32,000 nucleotides of DNA from Chamaesiphon minutus PCC 6605 (GTDB lineage: Bacteria; Cyanobacteriota; Cyanobacteriia; Cyanobacteriales; Chamaesiphonaceae), in assembly GCF_000317145.1 (NCBI RefSeq), contig NC_019697.1:5785889-5817888 (forward strand), given 5' to 3'. Below the pieces are notes generated by a model. That model did not search any database. It was not told the DNA's origin and saw nothing but the letters and a program-made list of their open reading frames with translations. The position numbers were made by a program, and so were the translations under genes. Every line of letters starts with the position of its first letter. The stretch's first letter is position 1. Below are positions 8,330 to 16,309 of this stretch, in pieces.

Positions 8330-9562
8330 TTAACCATGAGAACGTTGTGAAGTATCGACATTAAATGCTTGTGCTAACACCGTTAACTCTTTAGCTCGAA
8401 GCACATAAGGTTCGAGTTGACTTGTTTCCCATCCGGTTAATACTTGCATGGCTTCGATCGACAATCCTCTGATTAGCATCTCTACACACCAAGTCGCTTG
8501 AGCTTGTTGGATCGTTGGTGGTTCGCCTGTGGGTGCTAATAGTTCGCTGTTGGATTGTTGCCACAGTTGGTGCAAATCTGCTTCAGTTAAGGCGTTTCCA
8601 TCTGAATTGATGAATAGAGATGGATGACTATCTTTACGGCTTCTGAGCCATTGTGTGAGGGGATTTTTGAGATACGAGCCATAGCGTTTGCCCAGAATCC
8701 ATTGATTGACAGGGACTTGACGCGCTGCACCGTGAGTTATTTGCAATAATTGGCGATCGCTACTACTGAGATGATTCGATCGAGTTAAGGAGATAATCTC
8801 GTTTGCGCTCAACCCCGCGCCAAATAATACATAAACCAGTGCGTAAGTTTGCAGACTATGTTTTTTGGCTTGCTGAAGGATTTGATGGACAATTGATTCG
8901 GGTAAATCTTGCTGAATTATCCGATTTTCGGGCACATTAGTTGCAGTTAATTGACGGCTATTTTCAGCCACTGCACCAGTGACAAATAATGCTACCACTC
9001 GATCGAGAAAATCGGATCGATCGCGCCACAAGCCATGAAATTCACTAGTTAATTCGATCGTGGCATAGCCGAACAATAATGTATGCAATAAGCTGGTTAA
9101 TTGCTCGATCGGTAGTTGCAACTCGGATTGAGATTCGCCGATATTGGTTTTTAAATACTTAGCGACGCGACGATTGGCGCGATCGAAACTGCGTCCCAAT
9201 CCTTGACGATTTTCGGTGGAATATTGCCCCGACTCACCCACGAGCGATCGAATTACAGCGGGAGTTTGTTCTAATGCTTGGAGGCAGGTAGTGGCATAGG
9301 CTCTAAGCATTTCTGCCAAACTACTCGCTGGCGGCAATTCGGTTGTCAAACTTTGTCCCAATTGCGCGAACACATCGGCATCTTCAATTACGGCGAGCAA
9401 TAGCCCATGTTTATTCCCAAATTGGCGAAATAAGGTGACTTCATTCACCTGTGCTAGTTCGGCAATCTGCTTAGTAGTCGTCTCATTTACCCCCTGGCTG
9501 GCAAATAATTCGATCGCTGCCTGGATAATTTTTTGACGGGTCAGATTGCGGGAAGATGGCAT
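8330..9562 (-). CDS. TetR/AcrR-family regulator fused to a degenerate tyrosine-recombinase-like C-terminal domain
   Basis: N-terminal HTH: RQKIIQAAIELFASQGVNETTTKQIAELAQVNEVTLFRQFGNKHGLL. The C-terminal ~190 aa follow the integrase catalytic-domain layout (GAGLSANEIISL, GAARQVPVNQ, SLFINSDGNALTEADL, CVEMLIRGLSIEAMQVLTGWETSQLEPY), but the catalytic Arg and His positions are substituted. Confidence 0.8.
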   Translation of the reverse strand: MPSSRNLTRQKIIQAAIELFASQGVNETTTKQIAELAQVNEVTLFRQFGNKHGLLLAVIEDADVFAQLGQSLTTELPPASSLAEMLRAYATTCLQALEQTPAVIRSLVGESGQYSTENRQGLGRSFDRANRRVAKYLKTNIGESQSELQLPIEQLTSLLHTLLFGYATIELTSEFHGLWRDRSDFLDRVVALFVTGAVAENSRQLTATNVPENRIIQQDLPESIVHQILQQAKKHSLQTYALVYVLFGAGLSANEIISLTRSNHLSSSDRQLLQITHGAARQVPVNQWILGKRYGSYLKNPLTQWLRSRKDSHPSLFINSDGNALTEADLHQLWQQSNSELLAPTGEPPTIQQAQATWCVEMLIRGLSIEAMQVLTGWETSQLEPYVLRAKELTVLAQAFNVDTSQRSHG

Positions 9563-9619
9563 GAAGTGTGGGATTGCAGATTGCGAACTGGGGATTGCGG
9601 ACTGAAACTCGGCTCAAAA

Positions 9620-9636
9620 TGCAAGTGATACTTGCA
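9620..9636. promoter_or_regulatory. Candidate operator 1: perfect palindrome TGCAAGT-gat-ACTTGCA
   Basis: Read directly. Two 7-bp arms with a 3-nt spacer, in the divergent spacer between the TetR fusion and desC. Confidence 0.45.
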
Positions 9637-9665
9637 CGATTTCTAAAAGCTTGTTAGGATGTAAA

Positions 9666-9682
9666 TGCAAGCGTTACTTGCA
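9666..9682. promoter_or_regulatory. Candidate operator 2: TGCAAGC-gtt-ACTTGCA
   Basis: Near-identical second copy (6 of 7 arm positions pair), 46 bp downstream of the first. Confidence 0.45.
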
Positions 9683-9710
9683 ACGCCTCTTTCTACTATA
9701 CCTAGAATCA

Positions 9711-9740
9711 GGCATTAGGTATTAGGTATTAGTTATTAGG
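9711..9740. repeat. Tandem heptamer array (GGTATTA, about 4 units)
   Basis: ggcatta ggtatta ggtatta gttatta. Confidence 0.85.
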
Positions 9741-9767
9741 GGAAATATTCTCAGTCGGGAATTCAGA

Positions 9768-9857
9768 CCTAAAGCCCAAAGCCTAAAACCTCAAAACCAA
9801 AGCCTAAAGCCTAAAGCCTAAAGCCTAAAACCTAAAACCTAAAACCTGAAACCTAAA
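9768..9857. repeat. STRR-like heptamer array (CCTAAAG / CCTAAAA, about 13 units)
   Basis: cctaaag cccaaag cctaaaa cctcaaa accaaag cctaaag cctaaag cctaaag cctaaaa cctaaaa cctaaaa cctgaaa cctaaa. The array ends 2 nt before the desC ATG. The unit is the reverse complement of the GGCTTTA arrays at 20221 and 30334. Confidence 0.95.
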
Positions 9858-9859
9858 TT

Positions 9860-10711
9860 ATGACTGCTAATTTGTTAGAGAAGCGCGAACATAGCTCGCA
9901 GCAGCAGGAAACGGCACCATTAAGTTGGACGAACGTCTTCTTTTTTGGCTCTTTTCATCTAATTGCCCTAGCCGCACCGTGGTATTTTAATTGGTCGGCA
10001 CTAGGAACGGCAATCTTGCTGCATTGGCTGTTCGGATCGATCGGGATTTGTTTGGGCTTTCACCGTTTGCTTACGCATCGCAGCTTCCAGGTACCCAAAC
10101 CGCTCGAATATGTCTTTGCCACCCTCGGTGCCTTAGCACTTCAAGGCGGCCCGATTTTCTGGGTAGCTGGACATCGCCAGCACCATTTGTACACCGAAGA
10201 CTGGGACAAAGATCCCTACTCGGCAAAACGAGGCTTCTGGTGGAGTCACATGCTGTGGATTTTCTACCCCAAATCCAACTTCTTCAACCTTGATGAGTAC
10301 AAAAAAGCGGCACCAGATTTAGCTAAAGATGCTTACTACCGTTGGCTGGATAAATATTTCTTGTTCTTACAAATTCCTGTTGCGCTGCTATTGTATGCGA
10401 TCGGCGGTTGGTCATTTGTAATTTACGGCGTGTTCGTGCGGGCTGTGATTCTGTGGCACAGCACTTGGCTGATCAATTCTGCCAGTCACATCACTGGCTA
10501 TCGCAGCCACGAATCGGATGACAACTCGCGCAATCTCTGGTGGGCGGCTCTGCTCACTTATGGCGAAGGCTGGCACAACAATCACCATGCTTATCCCAAT
10601 GTCGCTAAAGGTGGTTGGCAGTGGTGGGAAATCGACATGACTTGGTGGTCGATTCAATTATTACAGAAGCTCGGTTTGGCAAAACGCGTAATTTTACCAC
10701 CGACTAATTAG
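9860..10711 (+). CDS. desC: Acyl-lipid Delta-9 fatty acid desaturase
   Basis: Three His boxes: HRLLTHRS, HRQHHLYTED and HNNHHAYP. Hydrophobic membrane segments are present and the length (283 aa) is typical of cyanobacterial DesC. Confidence 0.9.
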   Translation: MTANLLEKREHSSQQQETAPLSWTNVFFFGSFHLIALAAPWYFNWSALGTAILLHWLFGSIGICLGFHRLLTHRSFQVPKPLEYVFATLGALALQGGPIFWVAGHRQHHLYTEDWDKDPYSAKRGFWWSHMLWIFYPKSNFFNLDEYKKAAPDLAKDAYYRWLDKYFLFLQIPVALLLYAIGGWSFVIYGVFVRAVILWHSTWLINSASHITGYRSHESDDNSRNLWWAALLTYGEGWHNNHHAYPNVAKGGWQWWEIDMTWWSIQLLQKLGLAKRVILPPTN

Positions 10712-10764
10712 TCTTTGATTTCAGCTAGTCTGCCACCTGTGCGGACTTTAATATAAAGATCGAA

Positions 10765-10798
10765 GGGAGGGGCAATTGATGAATTGTCCCTCCCTTTT
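10765..10798 (+). terminator. Rho-independent terminator between convergent desC and a TetR gene
   Basis: GGGAGGGGCAATT (10765-10777) pairs with AATTGTCCCTCCC (10782-10794) at 12 of 13 positions, with loop GATG, followed by TTTT. It overlaps the stop codon of the minus-strand gene and so may serve both genes. Confidence 0.6.
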
Positions 10799-11393
10799 AT
10801 CTCATCGTGGCTAAACTGTTGATGTATTGATGTAAATGCTCGATCGCTCGATCGAGATACAGATCGGTGCCGTATAATTTGCTCATCATAATGGCACCCT
10901 CGATCGTGACCAGAATAATTGTCGAAACTTGTTCGCGATCGATAGTATCGAGGATTTCATTTTGGCGAATGCCTAGCTCGACAATGCTATCGATCGTCGC
11001 GCGAATCTCATTGACAGCTCCTTGGACGTGCAGTCGCAATCGGGGATTGGTATCGTCGCTTTCGACAGCAGTATTCAAAATCGGACATCCACCCACCGCG
11101 ATTGGCTCTGTGGTGAAGCCGCGAAAAGTATCGATAAAAGCATTCAATCGATCGATCGCCGTATTGGCCGCGCCTACTTTGGCCATAACAGCTTCTAGAA
11201 TCAATCCCAGCGTATAGTCAAATGCGGCAACTGCGATCTCTTCTTTACTTTTAAAGTGATGATAAAAACCACTTTTTCGCAATCCACTCAGCTTCATAAT
11301 TTCGCTAATGGAAGAGCCTGCGTAACCATTTTGGTTGAAACTAATTGCAGCTTTTTCGATAATTATTTGCTTTGTCTGTTTGGCTTTCGACAC
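10797..11393 (-). CDS. TetR/AcrR-family transcriptional regulator
   Basis: 198 aa. The N-terminal HTH is KQIIIEKAAISFNQNGYAGSSISEIMKLSGLRKSGFYHHFKSKEEI. Confidence 0.85.
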   Translation of the reverse strand: MSKAKQTKQIIIEKAAISFNQNGYAGSSISEIMKLSGLRKSGFYHHFKSKEEIAVAAFDYTLGLILEAVMAKVGAANTAIDRLNAFIDTFRGFTTEPIAVGGCPILNTAVESDDTNPRLRLHVQGAVNEIRATIDSIVELGIRQNEILDTIDREQVSTIILVTIEGAIMMSKLYGTDLYLDRAIEHLHQYINSLATMR

Positions 11394-11413
11394 TGCAATT
11401 AAACTGACTTTTG

Positions 11414-11431
11414 AAATATTAGTTAATATTT
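11414..11431. promoter_or_regulatory. Candidate auto-operator palindrome AAATATTA-gt-TAATATTT
   Basis: Two 8-bp arms, about 20 nt upstream of the TetR start at 11393. The site is very AT-rich, so a chance occurrence is plausible. Confidence 0.25.
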
Positions 11432-11513
11432 TACTGCGATCTAAATAGTCATGTCAATCTCGCTAGCTAGTTTTCAGGAGATTAGTCATAGCAGAGAGAC
11501 CCCCAGCTAAAAC

Positions 11514-12158
11514 TCAAGTTATCTCTAGTTGCACTCGACAGAATCGACAGATCTCTTGCCAAATCTGCTCGCTAAGGTCGGTAAGCTGATGGTCGCTATC
11601 CCACTCTAACAGCTCTACCCACTCCCGTCCTTTAGCAAAATCGTGGCTAGCAGAAATCGGAATTACATCATCATGAATGCCATGAATAATTAGAGTGGGC
11701 AGGACACGATCGATCGCAGAAAGAGGATATTTACGAGTGTCAACAAGGAAATCGTAATGTAGGGGTAATAGACTTTTGACAGCATGATGATAAATGGGCA
11801 GATAGCCAGTAGATTGCCACGAATTTAACGCTTTTTCGCCAATTTTCGGTAGCCAATGATACGGAAAATCAAACGCAGGTGCAAGTAATATCAATTTTTC
11901 AACATGCACATAATCTTGCGCGATAATTGTTGAGATCCAGCCGCCTAAACTCGAACCAATTAGGGTAATTGGTGAGCCATCTGTGGGAAACAGATCGACA
12001 ACTTGAGCGATTTGTCGAGAAATGGTCAAATGAGTAAAGTCATCCCGATTGAGATCGGGGACTTGTAACTCAATCCCAATGCTGGCAAACCGTTCGCGAA
12101 TATATCTAGCTTTGGTGGAACCAGGGCCAGATGCAAAACCGTGTAAGTAGATATACAT
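11514..12158 (-). CDS. YqiA/YcfP-like alpha/beta-fold esterase
   Basis: MYIYLHGFASGPGSTKA at the N-terminus, the nucleophile elbow IGSSLGGW, and late Asp/His residues (HGIHDDVIP, SDHQL). Confidence 0.7.
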   Translation of the reverse strand: MYIYLHGFASGPGSTKARYIRERFASIGIELQVPDLNRDDFTHLTISRQIAQVVDLFPTDGSPITLIGSSLGGWISTIIAQDYVHVEKLILLAPAFDFPYHWLPKIGEKALNSWQSTGYLPIYHHAVKSLLPLHYDFLVDTRKYPLSAIDRVLPTLIIHGIHDDVIPISASHDFAKGREWVELLEWDSDHQLTDLSEQIWQEICRFCRVQLEIT

Positions 12159-12250
12159 TTGCTATGGGAGTAAAAACGGAAATAATTTACCCCGTTTTTG
12201 TCCATAACAGACGAACGAGATAAATAACTCAAGTATCTACTATCCACTAT

Positions 12251-12718
12251 TTAGCGACCGTTACTCCGATTTTGACGGCGTTGTTGGATTAACTGCTGCC
12301 ATTTGACACGCTGTTCGGGAGTGAGAATCTCTCGAATTGCCAGCGTATTCTCAAAGTTGGCATCGGCAATCTCGCGCTGCAACGTTTGCACCTGTTGGCG
12401 TTTTTGACGCACCAAATCGGCACTCGCATTGCTCTGAAGCAGTTGGTTGAGTTCCTGTCTGGCTGCTTGCAACGCTTGACGGCGTGCTTGGGTTTTACCC
12501 CGAGCATTTTTCTGGATTTGTTGGAGCCGCCGGATCTGATCGGGTGAGAGGTTGAGTTCTTTTACTAGATTACCCACTCCACCTGCGGGAATCTTAAGTT
12601 CGTTATTAGTCGATCGATTATTATTCTGAGACAGTAGTAGCTCGGCGCGTGTGGGCGAAATGGTTGTAGCGAGCGTGAATAAAATTGGCAAGAACGTCAG
12701 CAGCCGAAAGCGAGACAT
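12251..12718 (-). CDS. Spy/CpxP-family periplasmic protein (LTxxQ motif)
   Basis: Signal peptide MSRFRLLTFLPILFTLATTISPTRA. Two LTxxQ-type motifs (LSPDQIRRLQQI and LTPEQRVKWQQL) sit in an Arg/Gln-rich helical protein. Confidence 0.7.
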   Translation of the reverse strand: MSRFRLLTFLPILFTLATTISPTRAELLLSQNNNRSTNNELKIPAGGVGNLVKELNLSPDQIRRLQQIQKNARGKTQARRQALQAARQELNQLLQSNASADLVRQKRQQVQTLQREIADANFENTLAIREILTPEQRVKWQQLIQQRRQNRSNGR

Positions 12719-13085
12719 AGGAATTCGATCGAGGTTGATAATATGATTAGACTGAGGCAGAATCTAAAAAGTTCACTCTGGTAGTCTACAGCGTAAATTT
12801 AGTACTATTTAGCGGGGAGCGGGGGAAAGAAATAGTTGGTTGATTTCTGCCGCTTAATACTAGTGATTATCGATCGGGTGTAAGATTTTGACGGTAAATA
12901 AGAGCGAACATCGATACTCGCGCCCAAATGCTACGCCACTGATTCGTCACTCCCCACTCCAGCTATCCGTGCAAAATCCTGGGTAAAATAGATCCAGTAC
13001 CGCATCGATCGAAGCCCGATTTGGCACAGCCGACGCTTCGCGATCGCATATTACTGTCAGAAATATAGAATTTCCGGGGATACCC

Positions 13086-14894
13086 ATGTCTAACGCCGAA
13101 CAGCCAGAGAAAATCCATCTACCCAAAACCAGCGAATCGGAAACCCTCAAAAAAATTAGACACACCACCTCCCATATCATGGCGATGGCGGTACAGAAGC
13201 TGTTTCCCAAGGCTCTGGTGACGATCGGCCCCTGGATCGAAAATGGGTTCTACTACGATTTTGATAGCCCTGATGCCTTTACAGACAAGGATCTGAAGAC
13301 AATTCAGAAAGAGATGATTAAAATCGTCAATCAGAAATTGCCAGTCGTGCGGGAAGAAGTCTCTAGAGCCGAAGCCGAGACTCGAATTTCCGCACTCAAC
13401 GAACCCTACAAATTAGAAATCCTCGCCGGATTACAAGAACCGATTACCCTCTATCACCTCGGCGATAAGTGGTGGGACTTGTGCGCGGGGCCGCATCTAG
13501 AAAATACTGGCGATCTCAATCCCAAAGCCTTTAAACTCGAAGCAGTAGCAGGTGCTTACTGGCGTGGTGATGAAACCAAGGCGCAATTGCAGCGCATTTA
13601 CGGTACTGCATGGGAAACTCCCGAACAGCTTGCCGAATACGAACGCCGCAAGGAAGAAGCAATCCGCCGCGATCACCGCAAACTCGGTAAAGAACTCGGT
13701 TTATTTATCTTCTCCGATCTCGTCGGCCCTGGGCTGCCATTATGGACGCCCAGAGGCACATTATTGCGGAGTATCCTCGAAGACTTCCTTAAAAAAGAGC
13801 AGACTAAACGTGGATATTTACCTGTCGTTACGCCGCATATTGCCAAAACCGATTTATTTATGAAGTCGGGACACAGGCAGAAATATAAGGAAGATATGTT
13901 CCCCATTATGGCGGACAATCTCGAAGATATCGCTGCCGACAATGGCTTTGTGATGAAGCCGATGAATTGTCCGTTCCACATTCAAATATATCAAAGTGAA
14001 TTGCGTTCCTATCGGGATTTACCGATTCGATACGCGGAATTTGGCACGGTTTATCGGTACGAACAATCCGGCGAACTCGGCGGATTAACTCGCGTGCGCG
14101 GCTTTACAGTCGATGATTCGCACCTATTTGTAACTCCCGAACAATTAGATGCAGAGTTTCTCAGCGTTGTCGATCTGATCCTGTCGGTATTTGAGAAACT
14201 GCGCCTAAAAAACTTTAAAGCACGGTTGAGTTTTCGCGATCCAGATTCTGATAAATATATCGGTACGGATGATACTTGGAACAAAGCCGAAAACGCGATT
14301 CAACGTGCTGTTGAAAAGTTGGGAATGCCACATTTTATCGGTATTGGCGAAGCAGCTTTTTATGGCCCCAAACTCGATTTTATCTTTAGCGATGCACTCG
14401 ATCGCGAGTGGCAATTGGGTACAGTTCAGGTAGATTATATTCTCCCCGAACGATTCGAGCTAGAATACATCGACGAACACAGCAGCCGTCAACGTCCGGT
14501 AATGATTCACCGCGCGCCATTCGGTTCGCTCGAACGGTTGATCGGGATTCTAATCGAAGAGTATGCTGGTGATTTCCCACTATGGATGGCTCCAGTCCAA
14601 ATGCGTTTGGTTGCAGTAGCTCAAGATTTCTTGCCCTTTGCTAAAGATGTTTGTGCGAAGTTAGTTGCCCTCGGCGTGCGCGCTGAAGTAGATACTAGTA
14701 ACGAACGCTTGGGTAAGATGATCCGCAATGCAGAGAAGGCCAAAATTCCCGTTGTGGGCATCGTCGGTGGTAAAGAGGTAGAAGACAACACGATTAGCAT
14801 TCGCACTCGGATTGGGGGCGAATTAGGAGCGATTGGCGTTGATGAAGTAGTGAAGAGAATTGTGGATTCGATCGGGAATTTTAGCGATTTCTAA
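13086..14894 (+). CDS. thrS: Threonine--tRNA ligase
   Basis: 602 aa. Editing-domain motif IRHTTSHIMAMAV, GPWIENGFYYDFD, class II catalytic motifs (FRDP, RVRGFTVDDSHLF, HRAPFGSLERLIGILIE) and a C-terminal anticodon-binding domain. The protein starts directly at the editing domain with no TGS domain. Confidence 0.95.
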   Translation: MSNAEQPEKIHLPKTSESETLKKIRHTTSHIMAMAVQKLFPKALVTIGPWIENGFYYDFDSPDAFTDKDLKTIQKEMIKIVNQKLPVVREEVSRAEAETRISALNEPYKLEILAGLQEPITLYHLGDKWWDLCAGPHLENTGDLNPKAFKLEAVAGAYWRGDETKAQLQRIYGTAWETPEQLAEYERRKEEAIRRDHRKLGKELGLFIFSDLVGPGLPLWTPRGTLLRSILEDFLKKEQTKRGYLPVVTPHIAKTDLFMKSGHRQKYKEDMFPIMADNLEDIAADNGFVMKPMNCPFHIQIYQSELRSYRDLPIRYAEFGTVYRYEQSGELGGLTRVRGFTVDDSHLFVTPEQLDAEFLSVVDLILSVFEKLRLKNFKARLSFRDPDSDKYIGTDDTWNKAENAIQRAVEKLGMPHFIGIGEAAFYGPKLDFIFSDALDREWQLGTVQVDYILPERFELEYIDEHSSRQRPVMIHRAPFGSLERLIGILIEEYAGDFPLWMAPVQMRLVAVAQDFLPFAKDVCAKLVALGVRAEVDTSNERLGKMIRNAEKAKIPVVGIVGGKEVEDNTISIRTRIGGELGAIGVDEVVKRIVDSIGNFSDF

Positions 14895-14904
14895 AGATCG
14901 ATTC

Positions 14905-14935
14905 GGAGTGAGGCGAATTTAATGCACCTCACTCC
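14905..14935 (+). terminator. Candidate thrS terminator hairpin
   Basis: GGAGTGAGG (14905-14913) pairs with CCTCACTCC (14927-14935): a perfect 9-bp stem with a 13-nt loop. No clear T-tract follows. Confidence 0.4.
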
Positions 14936-14975
14936 AGAATATAATTTCTGTAGTAGGATAATCACCAGATAATAA

Positions 14976-15322
14976 CAGCCTACAGAGATCGCCTTTTATC
15001 AATTTTTTGATACCTTGACCATCAATATTTTCAACAGCCTCTACCACTACACTACCGAATACGGCCTGCTCGCTATTATAGAAAGTGGAGTGCTTCGGCC
15101 TTCGTTAACTAAGCCAAATGGGAGAGATGTCTTGTTAGGTGAAGGTCAGTATTTTACAAGTATTGCGCCAGAAACGATCGCTAAGAACTAGGTGGAATGG
15201 GTTTGTGCGATCGGCAACTAACAGAATCAGACATACAAATAGCCGCTGTCATCGATCTGAATGAATTTGAATCAGTCTGGAAATTGTCTAGTCAAGATCG
15301 GTACTCAAGTGCTAAATTTTAA
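14976..15322 (+). pseudogene. Probable decayed gene: HYD1-type ADP-ribosyltransferase-like toxin-domain remnant
   Basis: An open frame from 14976 to stop 15189-15191, with no ATG and only TTG at 15015, reads ..FFDTLTINIFNSLYHYTTEYGLLAIIESGVLRPSLTKPNGRDVLLGEGQYFTSIAPETIAKN*. A second piece in another frame (ATG 15197 to TAA 15320-15322) reads MGLCDRQLTESDIQIAAVIDLNEFESVWKLSSQDRYSSAKF. Together they look like one gene split by a frame change. Confidence 0.3.
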
Positions 15323-15328
15323 ATTTTT

Positions 15329-16306
15329 ATGACCGAAACAACCGCGAATAAATTGCCTTCACCCGTAGTAATTGACTTACTTAGTAATGATGGTGCCAAT
15401 GCACTAGCAGGAGATCGCGAACAAAATCTCAAAACGATCGCGCGTCAAACGGGAGCGAAACTGGTATTGCGCGGACAGGAATTAATTATCGATGGCATGG
15501 CGGCAGAAATCGATCGGGCGAGCCAGTTAATCGAGCTACTACAGCCCTTGTGGCAAGTGGGTAAGGCAATTTCATCTGTAGATGTTCGGGCAGCCTTACA
15601 AGCCTCAGCAACGGGCGGAGAAACGCAACTAAAATCGATGCAAACTGAGGTACTGGCGACTACTCGCAAGGGCGATCGCATTCGACCGAAAACGGCGGCT
15701 CAGTGGCAATATATTCAAACCATCCGCCAGCACGAGCTGACATTTTGTATCGGCCCTGCGGGGACAGGTAAGACATATCTAGCGGCAGTTCTAGCCGTTC
15801 AAGCTTTATTAAATGGCGAATGCGAACGCTTGATTCTGACGCGTCCCGCCGTCGAAGCTGGCGAGAAATTAGGCTTTTTGCCAGGAGATCTCCAGCAAAA
15901 GGTCGATCCATTTTTACGCCCGTTATACGATGCTTTGCATGAATTTATCGATGCCGATAAAATTCCGTTGTTAATCGAGAAAGGCACGATCGAAATCGCC
16001 CCTTTAGCATACATGCGCGGACGCACTTTGAGTAATGCGTTTGTAATTGTAGATGAAGCGCAAAATACCACTCCCGCACAGATGAAAATGCTGCTAACGC
16101 GGATTGGCTTTCGATCGAGAATGGTCGTCACTGGCGATGTTACCCAAACCGATTTACCCTCTTTTCAAACATCGGGATTAGTCGTCGCTCAACGCATTTT
16201 ACAAAATATCGAGGGGATTGGTTTTTGTTACTTTAATAAAAGCGATGTCGTCCGTCATGCCTTGGTAGAGCGGATCGTCGCTGCTTACGAGCAGGCAGAG
16301 GGTTAG
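15329..16306 (+). CDS. phoH: PhoH-family ATPase
   Basis: Walker A GPAGTGKTYLA, Walker B FVIVDEAQN, and VVTGDVTQTDLP. At 325 aa the length is typical of PhoH-like proteins. Confidence 0.9.
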   Translation: MTETTANKLPSPVVIDLLSNDGANALAGDREQNLKTIARQTGAKLVLRGQELIIDGMAAEIDRASQLIELLQPLWQVGKAISSVDVRAALQASATGGETQLKSMQTEVLATTRKGDRIRPKTAAQWQYIQTIRQHELTFCIGPAGTGKTYLAAVLAVQALLNGECERLILTRPAVEAGEKLGFLPGDLQQKVDPFLRPLYDALHEFIDADKIPLLIEKGTIEIAPLAYMRGRTLSNAFVIVDEAQNTTPAQMKMLLTRIGFRSRMVVTGDVTQTDLPSFQTSGLVVAQRILQNIEGIGFCYFNKSDVVRHALVERIVAAYEQAEG

Positions 16307-16309
16307 GGT

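Noticed and set aside
8330-8950. Integrase-like C-terminal domain of the TetR fusion considered as a mobile-element marker
   Set aside because: Catalytic Arg/His residues are replaced, the domain is fused in frame to a regulator, and no att-like flanks, tRNA or cargo genes are nearby. I do not call a mobile element.
9665-9676. The 12-mer ATGCAAGCGTTA is shared between the TetR-fusion/desC spacer and the 16948-16959 TetR/SRPBCC spacer
   Set aside because: By my rough estimate, tens of exact 12-mer coincidences are expected among all position pairs in 32 kb on both strands. The match alone is therefore not evidence for a shared operator.
10867-11217. 116-aa plus-strand ORF inside the TetR gene
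   Set aside because: It is antisense to a clear TetR coding frame.
12947-13210. 87-aa minus-strand ORF overlapping the thrS start
   Set aside because: It overlaps the conserved thrS N-terminus and has no family resemblance.
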